64,000 nt of DNA, taken from the NCBI GenBank assembly GCA_030426085.1, contig JAUHYW010000013.1, positions 3,074-67,073 of the forward strand, read 5' to 3'. The position numbers and the translations under genes are program-made. The notes beneath the pieces are model-generated. The model did not search any database. It was given only the letters and a program-made list of their open reading frames with translations, and was not told where the DNA came from. Of this stretch, positions 25,094 to 35,415 are shown in pieces. Position 1 is the stretch's first letter. Each line of letters opens with the position of its first letter. Origin of the DNA: a bacterium. GTDB taxonomy: Bacteria > Myxococcota_A > Bradymonadia > UBA7976 > UBA1532.

Positions 25094-26139
25094 GGCCTCC
25101 GATTCAACCACATCTCGGCGACGGAGAACGGGCGGGGGAGCGGGTCGGCGGTGAAGCCGAAGCGGCGGTAGAACGGCTGGCCGTCGCGGGTGCGCAGGCC
25201 GATGGAGAGGCAGCCCCGCAGCCGGGGGTGGTCGAGCAGGGCCCGCATGAGCGCCGCGCCGAGGCCCCGCCCACGCCACGCGGGGTCGACGATGACGTCC
25301 GAGATCCAGCCGCGGCGGCCGTCGCTCATGGCGCCGGCAGTGGCGATCAGGTGGCCGGTGGCGTCGCGGGCGCCGATCCAGGCGCGGGCGCCGTCGAAGC
25401 CGCGGGCGACGGGCTCGGGCGGCAGGTGGGTGTTCCAGTAGGCCGGGGTCAGCAGCGCCAGGGCCGCCGCGCGGTCGGTGGGGGACGGGTGCACGCGCAG
25501 GCTGACGCCGTCGAGCGGCGCGCGCAGGGCCGCGGGCAGCGCGGCGTCGGGCGGGTCGCAGGCGGCGCGGATGCGCTCGATGGCGGGCAGGTCGTCGGGG
25601 TCGCCCCGACGCCAGAGGCCGGCGAGCACCGGCGCGACCCGGCTCGGTCGGTGCTGGCCGAGGGTGACTTTGCCCTGGATGTGCTGCACGTCGACCCGGG
25701 CGACGAGCATCTTGGCGAGCTGGCCGGCGTAGAGCGGGTCGTCGGCCCGCAGCGGGCGGTAGCCGCCCTCGGGTTGCAGCGCCCGCATGAGCGCGTCGAG
25801 GCCGGCGGCCCGGCGGGCGGGGTCGGTCTCGACGCGCAGGGTGCCCCGCAGGTGCACACTGCGGTACCAGGTGGTCGCCGGGCAGGCCCGCTCGGCGTCG
25901 ATGAAGTGGCTCGGGATGCGGGCGACGACCTCGTGCCCGGCGAGGGTCACCGGCTGATCGAGGGCGCCGGTCTTCTCCCCGACCGGGGCGCCGTGCAGGT
26001 AGACCGCCCGACCGACGCGGGCGGCGTGCAGGGGGCGCAGGTCGGGGCGGCCGTCGGGGTCGATCCAAGCCAGATGCAGGACCGGGCAGGCGTCGAGGAT
26101 GTCCCAGGCGGTCCGCTCGTCGGGGGTGCGCTTGCTCAT
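25090..26139 (-). CDS. Fusion protein: FMN-binding split-barrel (PNPOx/PaiB-like) domain plus GNAT N-acetyltransferase domain
   Basis: 349 aa. The N-terminal half ...CPVLHLAWIDPDGRP...AVYLHGAP...TTWYRSVHLRGTLRVE...IQGKVTLGQHRP... resembles the PNPOx/PaiB fold. The C-terminal ...ISDVIVDPAWRGRGLGAALMRALL...PFYRRFGF is GNAT motif A. Confidence 0.65.
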   Translation of the reverse strand: MSKRTPDERTAWDILDACPVLHLAWIDPDGRPDLRPLHAARVGRAVYLHGAPVGEKTGALDQPVTLAGHEVVARIPSHFIDAERACPATTWYRSVHLRGTLRVETDPARRAAGLDALMRALQPEGGYRPLRADDPLYAGQLAKMLVARVDVQHIQGKVTLGQHRPSRVAPVLAGLWRRGDPDDLPAIERIRAACDPPDAALPAALRAPLDGVSLRVHPSPTDRAAALALLTPAYWNTHLPPEPVARGFDGARAWIGARDATGHLIATAGAMSDGRRGWISDVIVDPAWRGRGLGAALMRALLDHPRLRGCLSIGLRTRDGQPFYRRFGFTADPLPRPFSVAEMWLNRRP

Positions 26140-26272
26140 GGATCGAGGGTGAGGGATGAGACCGGTCCGATGGTGGATCCGGTCTGGGGAAAGTGGAGGG
26201 TACCGGTGGGTGGGTGAGGCGGAGGGGTGGGCGATGGCGGCATGCGCGCGGTCGCCTGCCGGGCGCCGCGCC

Positions 26273-29200
26273 TCAGAACAGGCCCTTCAGCCGCTTCTTC
26301 GCCTCGTCCTTGGCCTTCTTCTCGGCGGCCTTCTTCGCCTTCTCGGCCTCGCGGCGGGCCTTCTCCTCCAGCTCCTTCTTCTTCTTCGCCGCCGCCGCCT
26401 TCGCCGCCGCCGCCTGCCGGCGGGCCTCGGCCTCGGCCTTCGCCGCCGCCGCCCGGGCCTTCGCCTCGGCCTCGGCCGCCGCCTTCTTCGCCGCGTCCAC
26501 CGCCTTGTCGGCTCCCAGCGCCATCGCCGCCGCGCCCAGCAGCGCCGCGCCCAGCGTCTTGGCGTCGACCCCCGACACCTTGGGGTCGGTCAGCGTGCCG
26601 CCCAGCTTCAGGCCCACCGGGATCGCCTTGTCGAGCTTGATGCGGCCGCTGCTCAGGCGGGACACCGTCGCCGGCTGGAGCTGAAGCGTGCCCTCCAGGT
26701 CGAGCGTCTTGTCCAGCCCGATGGAGCCGGTCAGCAGCATCGGGCCCTCCCCGGTCTCCACCGACATCGGCCGGATGAGGTTCATGCGCCCGTCCTCGAC
26801 CTCGAACTGCCCCGCCAGATCCTTCAGCCCGGTCTTGACCGAGCGGTCCAGGTTCAGCCCGGGCACCTGATCGACCACGCCCTGCAACACCGCGTTGCCC
26901 AGAGCCAGCTTCTCGAAGCGGCCGTTGGCGATGCCCAGGCCCAGGTTGCCGCTGAGGCTGTCGCGGATGGTCGGCCACTCCAGGCCCTTGCCGCCGAGGT
27001 CCATCTCGGTGGACATGCGCCCGGTCAGCGTGTTGGGCATGTCCGCCTGCTGGGTCAGGATCGCGTCGGCGCTGATGTCGGTCAGCTTCATGCGCATGGC
27101 GAACTTCGGGTCCCGCTGCTTGAGGTCGACCGTGGTCCGGGCGCCGGTGAAGTGGCCGTCGTAGGCGTCGAAGTCGAGGCTCTCGAAGGTCAGCCGGCCG
27201 TCCTCGAGCGTCAGCCGGGCGACGAAGTCGGTGAAGTCGATGTCGGCGAAGCGCCCCCGGGCCACCCGCAGGCCGCCGGCGGCGTCCATGACCTTCACGA
27301 TCTCGGGGATCTCGGGCGGCGGGCCGCCCTCCTCGGGCGCCTCTTCGCCGCCGCCGGGCAGCAGCGCGTCGAGGTCCATATAGGGCGAGGCGAAGTCGAA
27401 GCGGATGTAGGGCGCCTCGGGGTTGCGCACGGTCATGGTGCCGCTGAGGCTGCTCCGGCCCATGGCGAACTCGAACTTCGACAGCTCGGCCTCGACCGTC
27501 GCCGGCTGGGCCGGGTTGCCCTTCACCTTGCCGGCCAGCCCGATGCGAGCGGCGGCGTAGGGGTTGTCGGCCAGCCCGGGCAGGATGCGGGCCAGCTCGC
27601 CCACCGCGAAGGTCTGCACGTCGAGCTGCCCCGAGAGGTCGCCGGCCGCCGAGCGGCTGCCCGAGGCCAGCGCGGTCAGCGGGCCGATGATGAGCTTGAG
27701 CCGGGGCAGGTCGAGCCCCCCGTCGGCCGCCAGGGCCGCCTGCCCCGAGAGCGCCAGCGGGGTGCCGGCCGGCTTGCGCAGGGCGTCGCCGGCGACCACT
27801 TCGAGGGCGTTCAGGTCGCTGTTGAGGCTGGCGGTCACCGCGCCGCTCGCCGCGCCCTGGGCCAGCAACTCCAGCCGGCCGCTGCCCTTCAGCGTGGCCC
27901 CCGGCGCGGCCAGATCGGCGTCGGAGACGCGCAGGCCGACCTTGCCGGAGAACGTCTGGCGGGTGCCCTTGGCCTTCAGATCCATCGCGATCCGACCGTC
28001 GATCTGCACGTCGGGCGGCACGGCGGCCTTCACCGGGGGCAGCAGCCGGGCGATGCCCTGGATCGGGGTCGGCGCGATGCCGCCGTCGAGGTCGAAGGTG
28101 GGGTCATCGAAGTTCTTCACGGTGCCCTTCAGCGACAGCGCCAGCGGGCCGACATCCACCGACAGCGCCTTCAGGTCGAGGTCGGTCTGCGTCAGATCGG
28201 CGTGCAGCGCCGCGCCCAGCTTCGTGCCCCGGGGCTTGGCCAGCGCGTCGGGCACCACCACCTCGGCCCCCTTCAGGTCGAGGTTCAACCGCACCGTCTG
28301 CGCCTGCGGATCGCCGTCGGCGGTCACGTCCAGCGCCAGCGGGCCGTCGAGCTTCATGCCGGGAGGCAGCGCGGCCTTCGCGTCGGGCAGCAGCGCGAAG
28401 AGGCGGCCGAAGTCGAACTGCTCGGTGCGCAGCTTCAGCCCGTGGAAGGTCGGCCGCCCGCCGAGCAGGCCGGTGATGCGGCCGTCGGCGACCAGCTTCA
28501 TCTCGGCCATCGCCACCGAGAAGCCGGTCAGGTCGAGGGTCTCGCTGGCCATCGAGAACGCGACGTTGGGCTCGATCACGAGGTCGAAGACCTCGCCCGG
28601 GGTCGGGTGGCCCACGCTCAGGTTCTTCAGCGCGAGGGAGCCCTTGGCGGTCGTCGCCCCGGCCGCGCCGAGCGGGTCGTCGATGCGCAGGTCGGCGTGC
28701 AGCGCCGCCGACTTCAACGTCGCCCCCGCCCCGCCCATGTAGGGCACCAGCGCGGCGAGATCGACCCCGTCGGCTTCGAGGCTGATGTGGTCCACCGGCA
28801 GCTTCGCCTCGGGGTCACCGACCGGGATCGGGCCCAGGGCGACCCGCAGGTCGAAGTTGCGCTCGGCGGCCAGCACCGCGGCGGCGACGCGGACCTCGAA
28901 GGCGCTGTCCAGCCGCACATCGGTCAGCTCGACGAGCAGATCGTCGATGGTGGCCGTGGTGTCGGCCTGCCGATCGACGAGCCGCACCCGGCTGTTCTCG
29001 ACGGCGATGCGTTGCAGCTCGAGGTTGCGGATGAACCGCTTCGCCTCGGGGCTCAGCGGCTTCGGCGGCTCCTCCTCCTTCGGTGGGCCCTCGGTGAGCC
29101 GGGCGATGACCTCGTCGGTGGAGAGCGTGCCATCGGCGTTGCGCACGACCTCGACCGCCATGCCGTCGATGACCAGCTCCTTGAGCCGGATCTCGTCGCC

Positions 29201-29509
29201 GCCGGACTTGATGGCGGTCCACAGCTCGACCCCGAACCGGATCTGTTCGATGCGCAGCAGCGGCTCGGCGTCGGGGGTGGCGCCGGCGATCACCACGTCC
29301 CGCACCTCGGCCCCGAGCACCGGCAGGATGGTCGTCCGGATCTGGCCGACCGTCACCTCCCGCCCGAGGGCCTTCTCGACTTCGGGCAGGTACTGCTCGG
29401 TCTGGGTCTGCACGGTCTCGTCGAGGTCGAACGAGGCGATGAGGACGATCACCCCCACCACCATCAGCCCCAGGACCACGGCCAGCCCGATGAGGATCTT
29501 CTTCTTCAT
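26273..29509 (-). CDS. AsmA-family envelope protein with a Lys/Ala/Glu-rich C-terminal tail
   Basis: 1078 aa with GGAG upstream. N-terminal anchor MKKKILIGLAVVLGLMVVGVIVLIASF. Long repetitive beta-rich body (...LKGTVKNFDDPTFDLDGG..., ...LDLEGTLQL...), as in AsmA/TamB-like proteins. The last 75 or so aa are AAKKAAAEAEAKARAAAAKAEAEARRQ...KKRLKGLF. Confidence 0.7.
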   Translation of the reverse strand: MKKKILIGLAVVLGLMVVGVIVLIASFDLDETVQTQTEQYLPEVEKALGREVTVGQIRTTILPVLGAEVRDVVIAGATPDAEPLLRIEQIRFGVELWTAIKSGGDEIRLKELVIDGMAVEVVRNADGTLSTDEVIARLTEGPPKEEEPPKPLSPEAKRFIRNLELQRIAVENSRVRLVDRQADTTATIDDLLVELTDVRLDSAFEVRVAAAVLAAERNFDLRVALGPIPVGDPEAKLPVDHISLEADGVDLAALVPYMGGAGATLKSAALHADLRIDDPLGAAGATTAKGSLALKNLSVGHPTPGEVFDLVIEPNVAFSMASETLDLTGFSVAMAEMKLVADGRITGLLGGRPTFHGLKLRTEQFDFGRLFALLPDAKAALPPGMKLDGPLALDVTADGDPQAQTVRLNLDLKGAEVVVPDALAKPRGTKLGAALHADLTQTDLDLKALSVDVGPLALSLKGTVKNFDDPTFDLDGGIAPTPIQGIARLLPPVKAAVPPDVQIDGRIAMDLKAKGTRQTFSGKVGLRVSDADLAAPGATLKGSGRLELLAQGAASGAVTASLNSDLNALEVVAGDALRKPAGTPLALSGQAALAADGGLDLPRLKLIIGPLTALASGSRSAAGDLSGQLDVQTFAVGELARILPGLADNPYAAARIGLAGKVKGNPAQPATVEAELSKFEFAMGRSSLSGTMTVRNPEAPYIRFDFASPYMDLDALLPGGGEEAPEEGGPPPEIPEIVKVMDAAGGLRVARGRFADIDFTDFVARLTLEDGRLTFESLDFDAYDGHFTGARTTVDLKQRDPKFAMRMKLTDISADAILTQQADMPNTLTGRMSTEMDLGGKGLEWPTIRDSLSGNLGLGIANGRFEKLALGNAVLQGVVDQVPGLNLDRSVKTGLKDLAGQFEVEDGRMNLIRPMSVETGEGPMLLTGSIGLDKTLDLEGTLQLQPATVSRLSSGRIKLDKAIPVGLKLGGTLTDPKVSGVDAKTLGAALLGAAAMALGADKAVDAAKKAAAEAEAKARAAAAKAEAEARRQAAAAKAAAAKKKKELEEKARREAEKAKKAAEKKAKDEAKKRLKGLF

Positions 29510-29788
29510 GTTTTGGATCTCCGCTGCTCGACCGGATGACGTTAGGCCGACGGGGGTGAGATGTCGAGCGTCGAGGGGGCGGTCACGGCCGGTGGATGTG
29601 CGGACGGGTCGCCGTCAGGGTCAGGCGCCGGGCCCGGCAGCGTGCGGCGGCGGGGCAGGACGCCGACCTGACCCCCGGCGGCCAGTGGAGGCGCCGCGGG
29701 GCCACACCGGGCCGGCGTTCGCGCAGGTTGGTGAGAGTTGCTCGGGCGCGGGGGCCGAGGACGAGCCCTGGCCGAGCGCCCGAGGGCA

Positions 29789-31006
<1,218 letters not shown>

Positions 31007-31224
31007 GGTCTCCCCATCTCTTCGTGGAACGCCGGCCGCCGTGGCCGGACCGAAGCGAACCGTACTCGGGAGTCCGAGGAGAGGCATTGGGTAGATTCTC
31101 CTATATCGCTTCGCTCTCACTTGGATGGCGGCTGGTCGAGCATCAGATGGGCAGATCTGCCGGTTGGCGCGGCGGGTCCGCTTCTGATGCCATCGCGGAC
31201 TCGACTGACGGGGAGAAGACGACG

Positions 31225-32301
31225 ATGCGGCGAGAGATCATCTGGGGGTTGTTGTTCGGCATGGCGGCCATCCTGGCCGGTTGTGACGACGACGAGGGCG
31301 GCAAGTACATCGACGCGGGCCCGACGCCCGACATGGGCGCCGAGGGTGAAGGCGAAGGAGAGGGTGAAGGGGAAGGCGAGGGTGAGGGCGAAGGAGAGGG
31401 TGAAGGGGAAGGCGAGGGCGAAGGAGAGGGTGAAGGCGAGGGCGAGGGCGAGGGCGAAGGAGAGGGTGAAGGCGAGGGCGAGGGCGAAGGAGAGGGTGAA
31501 GGGGAAGGCGAGGGCGAGGGCGAGGGCGAGGGCGAGGGCGAGGGTGAAGGAGAGGGCGAGGGCGAAGCGCCCGACTGCCGCCAGGTCTGCTTCGGCGCGG
31601 GCTTCTGCGCTGCGCAGCAGGAGCCGGAGGACATCTGCCCCGGTCTGTGGTTCGTCGAGCTCCAGTCCATCGTCGGCGCCTGCATCGGCCGCTGCATGGC
31701 CGAGGAGGACTTCGGCGCCCGGGTCGCCGCCGAGCTGGGCGACTGCGGCGCGGTGCGGGACGTGCTCGTCGAGGATCCCGACTTCGCCGCGATCTGCCAG
31801 AACGGGCTGCCCGGCCCCCCCGCAGTCGAGTCGTGCGGGGTGAACGCGGCCCGCATCGCCGAGTGCCTGGTCGAGGACTGCGCCAACTCGGCGCCCATCG
31901 CGTCCGGGGTCACCGAGCTGCTGGCGCTGGGCTGCGAGCGGGCGGTGGCGGCGGGGGATCTGACCGAGGAGCAGGCGGGCATGATCACCGCCGCGACCCC
32001 CTGCGACGACCCGGGCATCGCCGAGCGCGTCCAAGCGCTGCGCAACAACGGCGATCAGCGGGTGTTCATCCTGGCGCTCGAGGATCTGTGCGCCAACGGC
32101 GAGACGCTGCCCGCCGGGACGTGCGATACGGTCTGCGAGAATACGGTGGCCTGCGCGCCCGACAGCAGCGTGCTGGCCAGCACCGACGCCTGCCTCGCCG
32201 CCTGCGTGCCCATCTCGACCCCCGACGACGTGCCCCAGGCGGAGTGCGCGGCGGCGGCCGAGGGCTGCGCGGCCCTGGCGAGCTGCTACACCGGGGGCTG
32301 A
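31225..32301 (+). CDS. Cys-rich lipoprotein with an N-terminal (Gly-Glu)n tract, function unknown
   Basis: 358 aa from ATG 31225 ([23 protein letters not shown], with a lipobox; GGGGAGAAG upstream). ...GPTPDMGA(EG)~37 EAPDC..., then a Cys-rich domain. Confidence 0.6.
   Translation: MRREIIWGLLFGMAAILAGCDDDEGGKYIDAGPTPDMGAEGEGEGEGEGEGEGEGEGEGEGEGEGEGEGEGEGEGEGEGEGEGEGEGEGEGEGEGEGEGEGEGEGEGEGEGEGEAPDCRQVCFGAGFCAAQQEPEDICPGLWFVELQSIVGACIGRCMAEEDFGARVAAELGDCGAVRDVLVEDPDFAAICQNGLPGPPAVESCGVNAARIAECLVEDCANSAPIASGVTELLALGCERAVAAGDLTEEQAGMITAATPCDDPGIAERVQALRNNGDQRVFILALEDLCANGETLPAGTCDTVCENTVACAPDSSVLASTDACLAACVPISTPDDVPQAECAAAAEGCAALASCYTGG
31342..31566 (+). repeat. Imperfect 6-bp (GGNGAR) repeat tract encoding about 37 Glu-Gly pairs; the other arm of the inverted repeat with 30738-30903
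   Basis: Read directly: gagggtgaaggcgaaggagagggtgaagg... It shares the 36-nt junction cccgacatgggcgccgagggtgaaggcgaaggagaggg with the reverse complement of the other arm. Confidence 0.9.
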
Positions 32302-32303
32302 GC

Positions 32304-33743
32304 ATGGCCGGGGTCCGATGGCTGTTGGCGCTCGGCGTCGCTTCGGCGCTCGCGGCGTGTGACGACGGCGAGGGGGTCGAGCCGGGGGCGGCCGACGCCG
32401 AGCCGGTCGACGCGGCGCCGGCGTGCGCGGGGGACGAGACCCGGCCCTGCCCCGGCGGGGTCGGGATCCAGGTCTGCGTGCACGGTCATTGGGGTCCCTG
32501 CGATGGGGGCGAGCCCGATGCCATCGCCGAGCGGTGCGATGGCATGGACGAGGACGGCGACGGCGCCGTCGACGAGGGCCTCGTCGAGCCCTGCGGGTCG
32601 GCGGAGGGGGCCTGCGTGCCCGGCCTCCGAGCCTGCCTCGACGGGGCGTGGGGGCCGTGCGTCGGCGCCGTGGGTCCGGGCGACGAGTCGTGCGATGGGA
32701 CCGACGAGGACTGCGACGGGGCGGTGGACGAGGCGCCGATCCTCTCGCCGGTGGCCGGCTTTCAGGCGCCGGTGGTGCGGGGGCCCGATCGGCTCGTGTG
32801 GACCGGCCGGGCCTACGCGGCGTCGATGCCGGGCTATCCCAACTGGCTGGTGCGCTTCGCGGCGGATGGCACCCTCTGGCGCAGTGATTTGATCGGGCGG
32901 GTGCCGCTGACCATCGATCTCGCGGCGAGCCCGGTGGGGCTGACGATGGCCTGGGTCGAGCGCAGCGGCGCGCTGATGTTCGGGCTGTCGGGCTGGGCCG
33001 AGGCGGGCCTAGAGCCGCGCCCGGTCGGGCCGGAGGCGGTCCGCGCCTCGGAGCTGCGGCTGGCCGGCGAGACCCGCTCGACGCTGGTGGCCTGGGTCGC
33101 CGATGGCCAGCCGATGGGGCTCGTGATCGACCCGGCGACGGGCGACCCCCGCTTCGACGCGATGCCGCTCGGCGGTCCGGCGGGCGCGGTGGGGCTGTCG
33201 GTGGCCAACAACGGCGAGGATGGCTTCGCGGCGGCGTGGCGGATCGGCGAGGGTGACGCGCCGGCGCCGGTGTGGTTCGCCCGAATGGACAACAGCGGGG
33301 AGGCCATCGCCGCCTTCGAGGCGGTGCCCGACGCGGTCGCCACCGAGGCGGCCGTGATGGCCGACTATTACATCGACACCTACGCTGTCGCCTGGACCGA
33401 CGGTGAGTCGGTCCGCATCGTGCGCATCATCCGCGGCGCGGGGCAGGTGGCCGGTGAGGATCTGATCGCCGAAGGGCAGCAGGGGGTGCACGGGCTTCAG
33501 CTCCTGCGCAATGAGTCCATCTGGGCTCTGTTCTGGCAGGCGGTGGGGCTCGACGGGGGCGAGGTCGTCCGCGGCCGGCTGCTCGATCGGGGCGGGCCGC
33601 TGACCGATGTCTTCGATGTCATGCCGGCCGGCGAGCGCTTCGCGGCGACCCATGGCGGGCCGGGGGGTTATACCTTCGCGACCATCCGGGGCGATCGCTT
33701 CGAGACCCGAGGCGGTCCCATCGTGTGCCCCGCCGAGGAGTGA
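32304..33743 (+). CDS. Lipoprotein with MopE-like Cys/Asp repeats (CDGxDxDCDGxxDE), function unknown
   Basis: 479 aa. ATG 32304 lies 2 nt after the previous stop. MAGVRWLLALGVASALAACDDG carries a lipobox. ...ERCDGMDEDGDGAVDEG... and ...ESCDGTDEDCDGAVDEA... match the putative metal-binding repeat common in myxobacterial proteins. Confidence 0.6.
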   Translation: MAGVRWLLALGVASALAACDDGEGVEPGAADAEPVDAAPACAGDETRPCPGGVGIQVCVHGHWGPCDGGEPDAIAERCDGMDEDGDGAVDEGLVEPCGSAEGACVPGLRACLDGAWGPCVGAVGPGDESCDGTDEDCDGAVDEAPILSPVAGFQAPVVRGPDRLVWTGRAYAASMPGYPNWLVRFAADGTLWRSDLIGRVPLTIDLAASPVGLTMAWVERSGALMFGLSGWAEAGLEPRPVGPEAVRASELRLAGETRSTLVAWVADGQPMGLVIDPATGDPRFDAMPLGGPAGAVGLSVANNGEDGFAAAWRIGEGDAPAPVWFARMDNSGEAIAAFEAVPDAVATEAAVMADYYIDTYAVAWTDGESVRIVRIIRGAGQVAGEDLIAEGQQGVHGLQLLRNESIWALFWQAVGLDGGEVVRGRLLDRGGPLTDVFDVMPAGERFAATHGGPGGYTFATIRGDRFETRGGPIVCPAEE

Positions 33744-33764
33744 TCGGCCGGGGCGCGCAGGCCC

Positions 33765-34586
33765 TCAGCCGGCGAGCCGCGCCTTGCGCGCCCGGGCTCG
33801 CTTCAAGACTTCGATGACCGATGGCCTCAGCGTCTCGGCGGTGATCTCACGGCCGAACTCGAAGTGTACCCGCCGCTGGTCGGTCTCGACGTCGAAGCCG
33901 GCGCGGTCGAGGGCCACCATCCGGGCTTCGGTCGGGGTGAAGCCGTGCAGGCCCTCGACGAGCTCGATCAGGTTGTGCCCGTGGTCTTCGTTCATGTGTT
34001 CGATGGCACCGGGGGCCGCGTCGGCGATGCCGTCCCCCATGGGATCGCGCAGCATGTCGTCGGCCTCGATCCAGCGGATCTTGCCGAAGCCACCGATATA
34101 ACGGCCCCGGGTCACGTCCTGCATGAGCCAGTAGTCGAAGCGATGGGTATCTTCGTAGTCTTCGGCGCCGGGCACCCGGGCCCGGTAGCGAGCCATGAGG
34201 TCGGCGAGCGTGGGGTCGTCGACGACCACCGCCCCGGGCAGCGGCTTGTGGGCCCGCGACGGCGCGCACAGCGGCACCATGCGGCCCATGATCCCGATCC
34301 GCCAGGTGGCCTGGGGGTCGCCGTCGCCGTGGGGCGCGTCGTCGGTGACGAACAGCGTGGCCCGGGGGTCGGCGAGCAGGTTGGCGGTGTGGGCCGCGAT
34401 GCGGGCGAGCAGCACCACCGGCCGGCCGGCGGGGTCGAGGGCGTAGGGCACGATCGATCCGAAGGGGTGGCCGGCGATCTCCCGCTGGGCGGCGAGGGTG
34501 CACAGGGTGCCGTGGGTCGCCCCGAGCAGGCGCTGGCGGGCTTCGGCGGCGAAGTCCCAGGTGTCTTCGACGGCGGCGGCGTTCAT
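33765..34586 (-). CDS. HugZ-type haem utilisation / haem oxygenase-like protein (PNPOx-like split barrel plus DUF2470)
   Basis: 273 aa from ATG 34586, with GGAG upstream. ...GTLCTLAAQREIAGHPFGSIVPYALDPAGRPVVLLARIAAHTANL... is the split barrel. The C-terminal ...IEHMNEDHGHNLIELV...ARMVALDRAGFDVE... is the DUF2470 signature. It is the last gene of the haem operon. Confidence 0.7.
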   Translation of the reverse strand: MNAAAVEDTWDFAAEARQRLLGATHGTLCTLAAQREIAGHPFGSIVPYALDPAGRPVVLLARIAAHTANLLADPRATLFVTDDAPHGDGDPQATWRIGIMGRMVPLCAPSRAHKPLPGAVVVDDPTLADLMARYRARVPGAEDYEDTHRFDYWLMQDVTRGRYIGGFGKIRWIEADDMLRDPMGDGIADAAPGAIEHMNEDHGHNLIELVEGLHGFTPTEARMVALDRAGFDVETDQRRVHFEFGREITAETLRPSVIEVLKRARARKARLAG

Positions 34587-34617
34587 GGGTGGCTCCGTGG
34601 GGTCGTGGGGGGCCCGT

Positions 34618-35415
34618 TCATCGGGGGATGACGAGCGGGTGTTGCAGGTCGGGGGCGCGGTGGATGCGCACCGGGATGCCGAAGGCGGCTTCGAGGGCGT
34701 CGGCGGTGAGGACGTCGTGGGCCGATCCGGAGGCGATGATGCGCTGGTCGGCGAGCAGGCACAGTCGGTCGGCGTAGCGGGCGGCCTGGTCGAGCGCGTG
34801 CAGGACACACAGCACGCCGCCGCCGGCGTCGGCGAAGCGGCGGGCGCTGTCGAGCACGGCGCGCTGCGAGCCGAGGTCCTGGCTGGCGGTGGGCTCGTCG
34901 AGCAGCAGGTAGCTCGCCGGGCCCCGGGTCCCGCCCTGGCCGTCGAGCGCGGGGGTCCAGACCTGGCTCAGCACCCGGGCGAGGTGCACCCGCTGGCGCT
35001 CGCCGCCCGAGAGGCGGGTGTAGGGGCGCCCGGCCAGCGCCGCGAGGCCGACGAGCGCCAGGGCTCGGCGGGCGATGGCGGCGTCGCTGCGCCCGGGGTG
35101 TCCGTAGGGCGTCCGCCCCATGGCGACGACCTCGATCACCGAGAACGGGAAGTCGAGGGTCGACGCTTGGGGGAGGACTGCCCGACGGCGCGCCCGCTCA
35201 CCGGGAGACCAGTCGGCGAGTGGGCGGCCGTCGAGCAGAATCTGTCCCGCGGCGGGCCGCAGGTCGCCGGCCATCGCGGCCAGCAGTGAGCTTTTTCCGG
35301 CGCCGTTGGGGCCGACGAGCGCCACGAACTCGCCGGGTCCGACGGCGAGGTCGACCCCGTCGAGCACCACCCGCGCGCCCCGGCGCAGCACGAGTTCACG
35401 GGCGGAGAGGCTCAT
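34618..35415 (-). CDS. hmuV: Haem/iron-chelate ABC transporter ATP-binding protein
   Basis: 265 aa. ATG 35415 overlaps the upstream stop. Walker A GPNGAGKSSLL, signature LSGGERQRV, Walker B YLLLDEPTASQD. Confidence 0.8.
   Translation of the reverse strand: MSLSARELVLRRGARVVLDGVDLAVGPGEFVALVGPNGAGKSSLLAAMAGDLRPAAGQILLDGRPLADWSPGERARRRAVLPQASTLDFPFSVIEVVAMGRTPYGHPGRSDAAIARRALALVGLAALAGRPYTRLSGGERQRVHLARVLSQVWTPALDGQGGTRGPASYLLLDEPTASQDLGSQRAVLDSARRFADAGGGVLCVLHALDQAARYADRLCLLADQRIIASGSAHDVLTADALEAAFGIPVRIHRAPDLQHPLVIPR

Noticed and set aside
29741-29784. Inverted repeat ctcgggcgc / gcgcccgag (a 9-bp stem with a 26-nt loop) just 3' of the stop of the minus-strand gene 29789-31006, considered as an intrinsic terminator.
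   Set aside because: The loop is very large, no U-tract follows on the transcribed strand, and 9-bp GC palindromes are frequent by chance at this GC content. It is not convincing enough to call.
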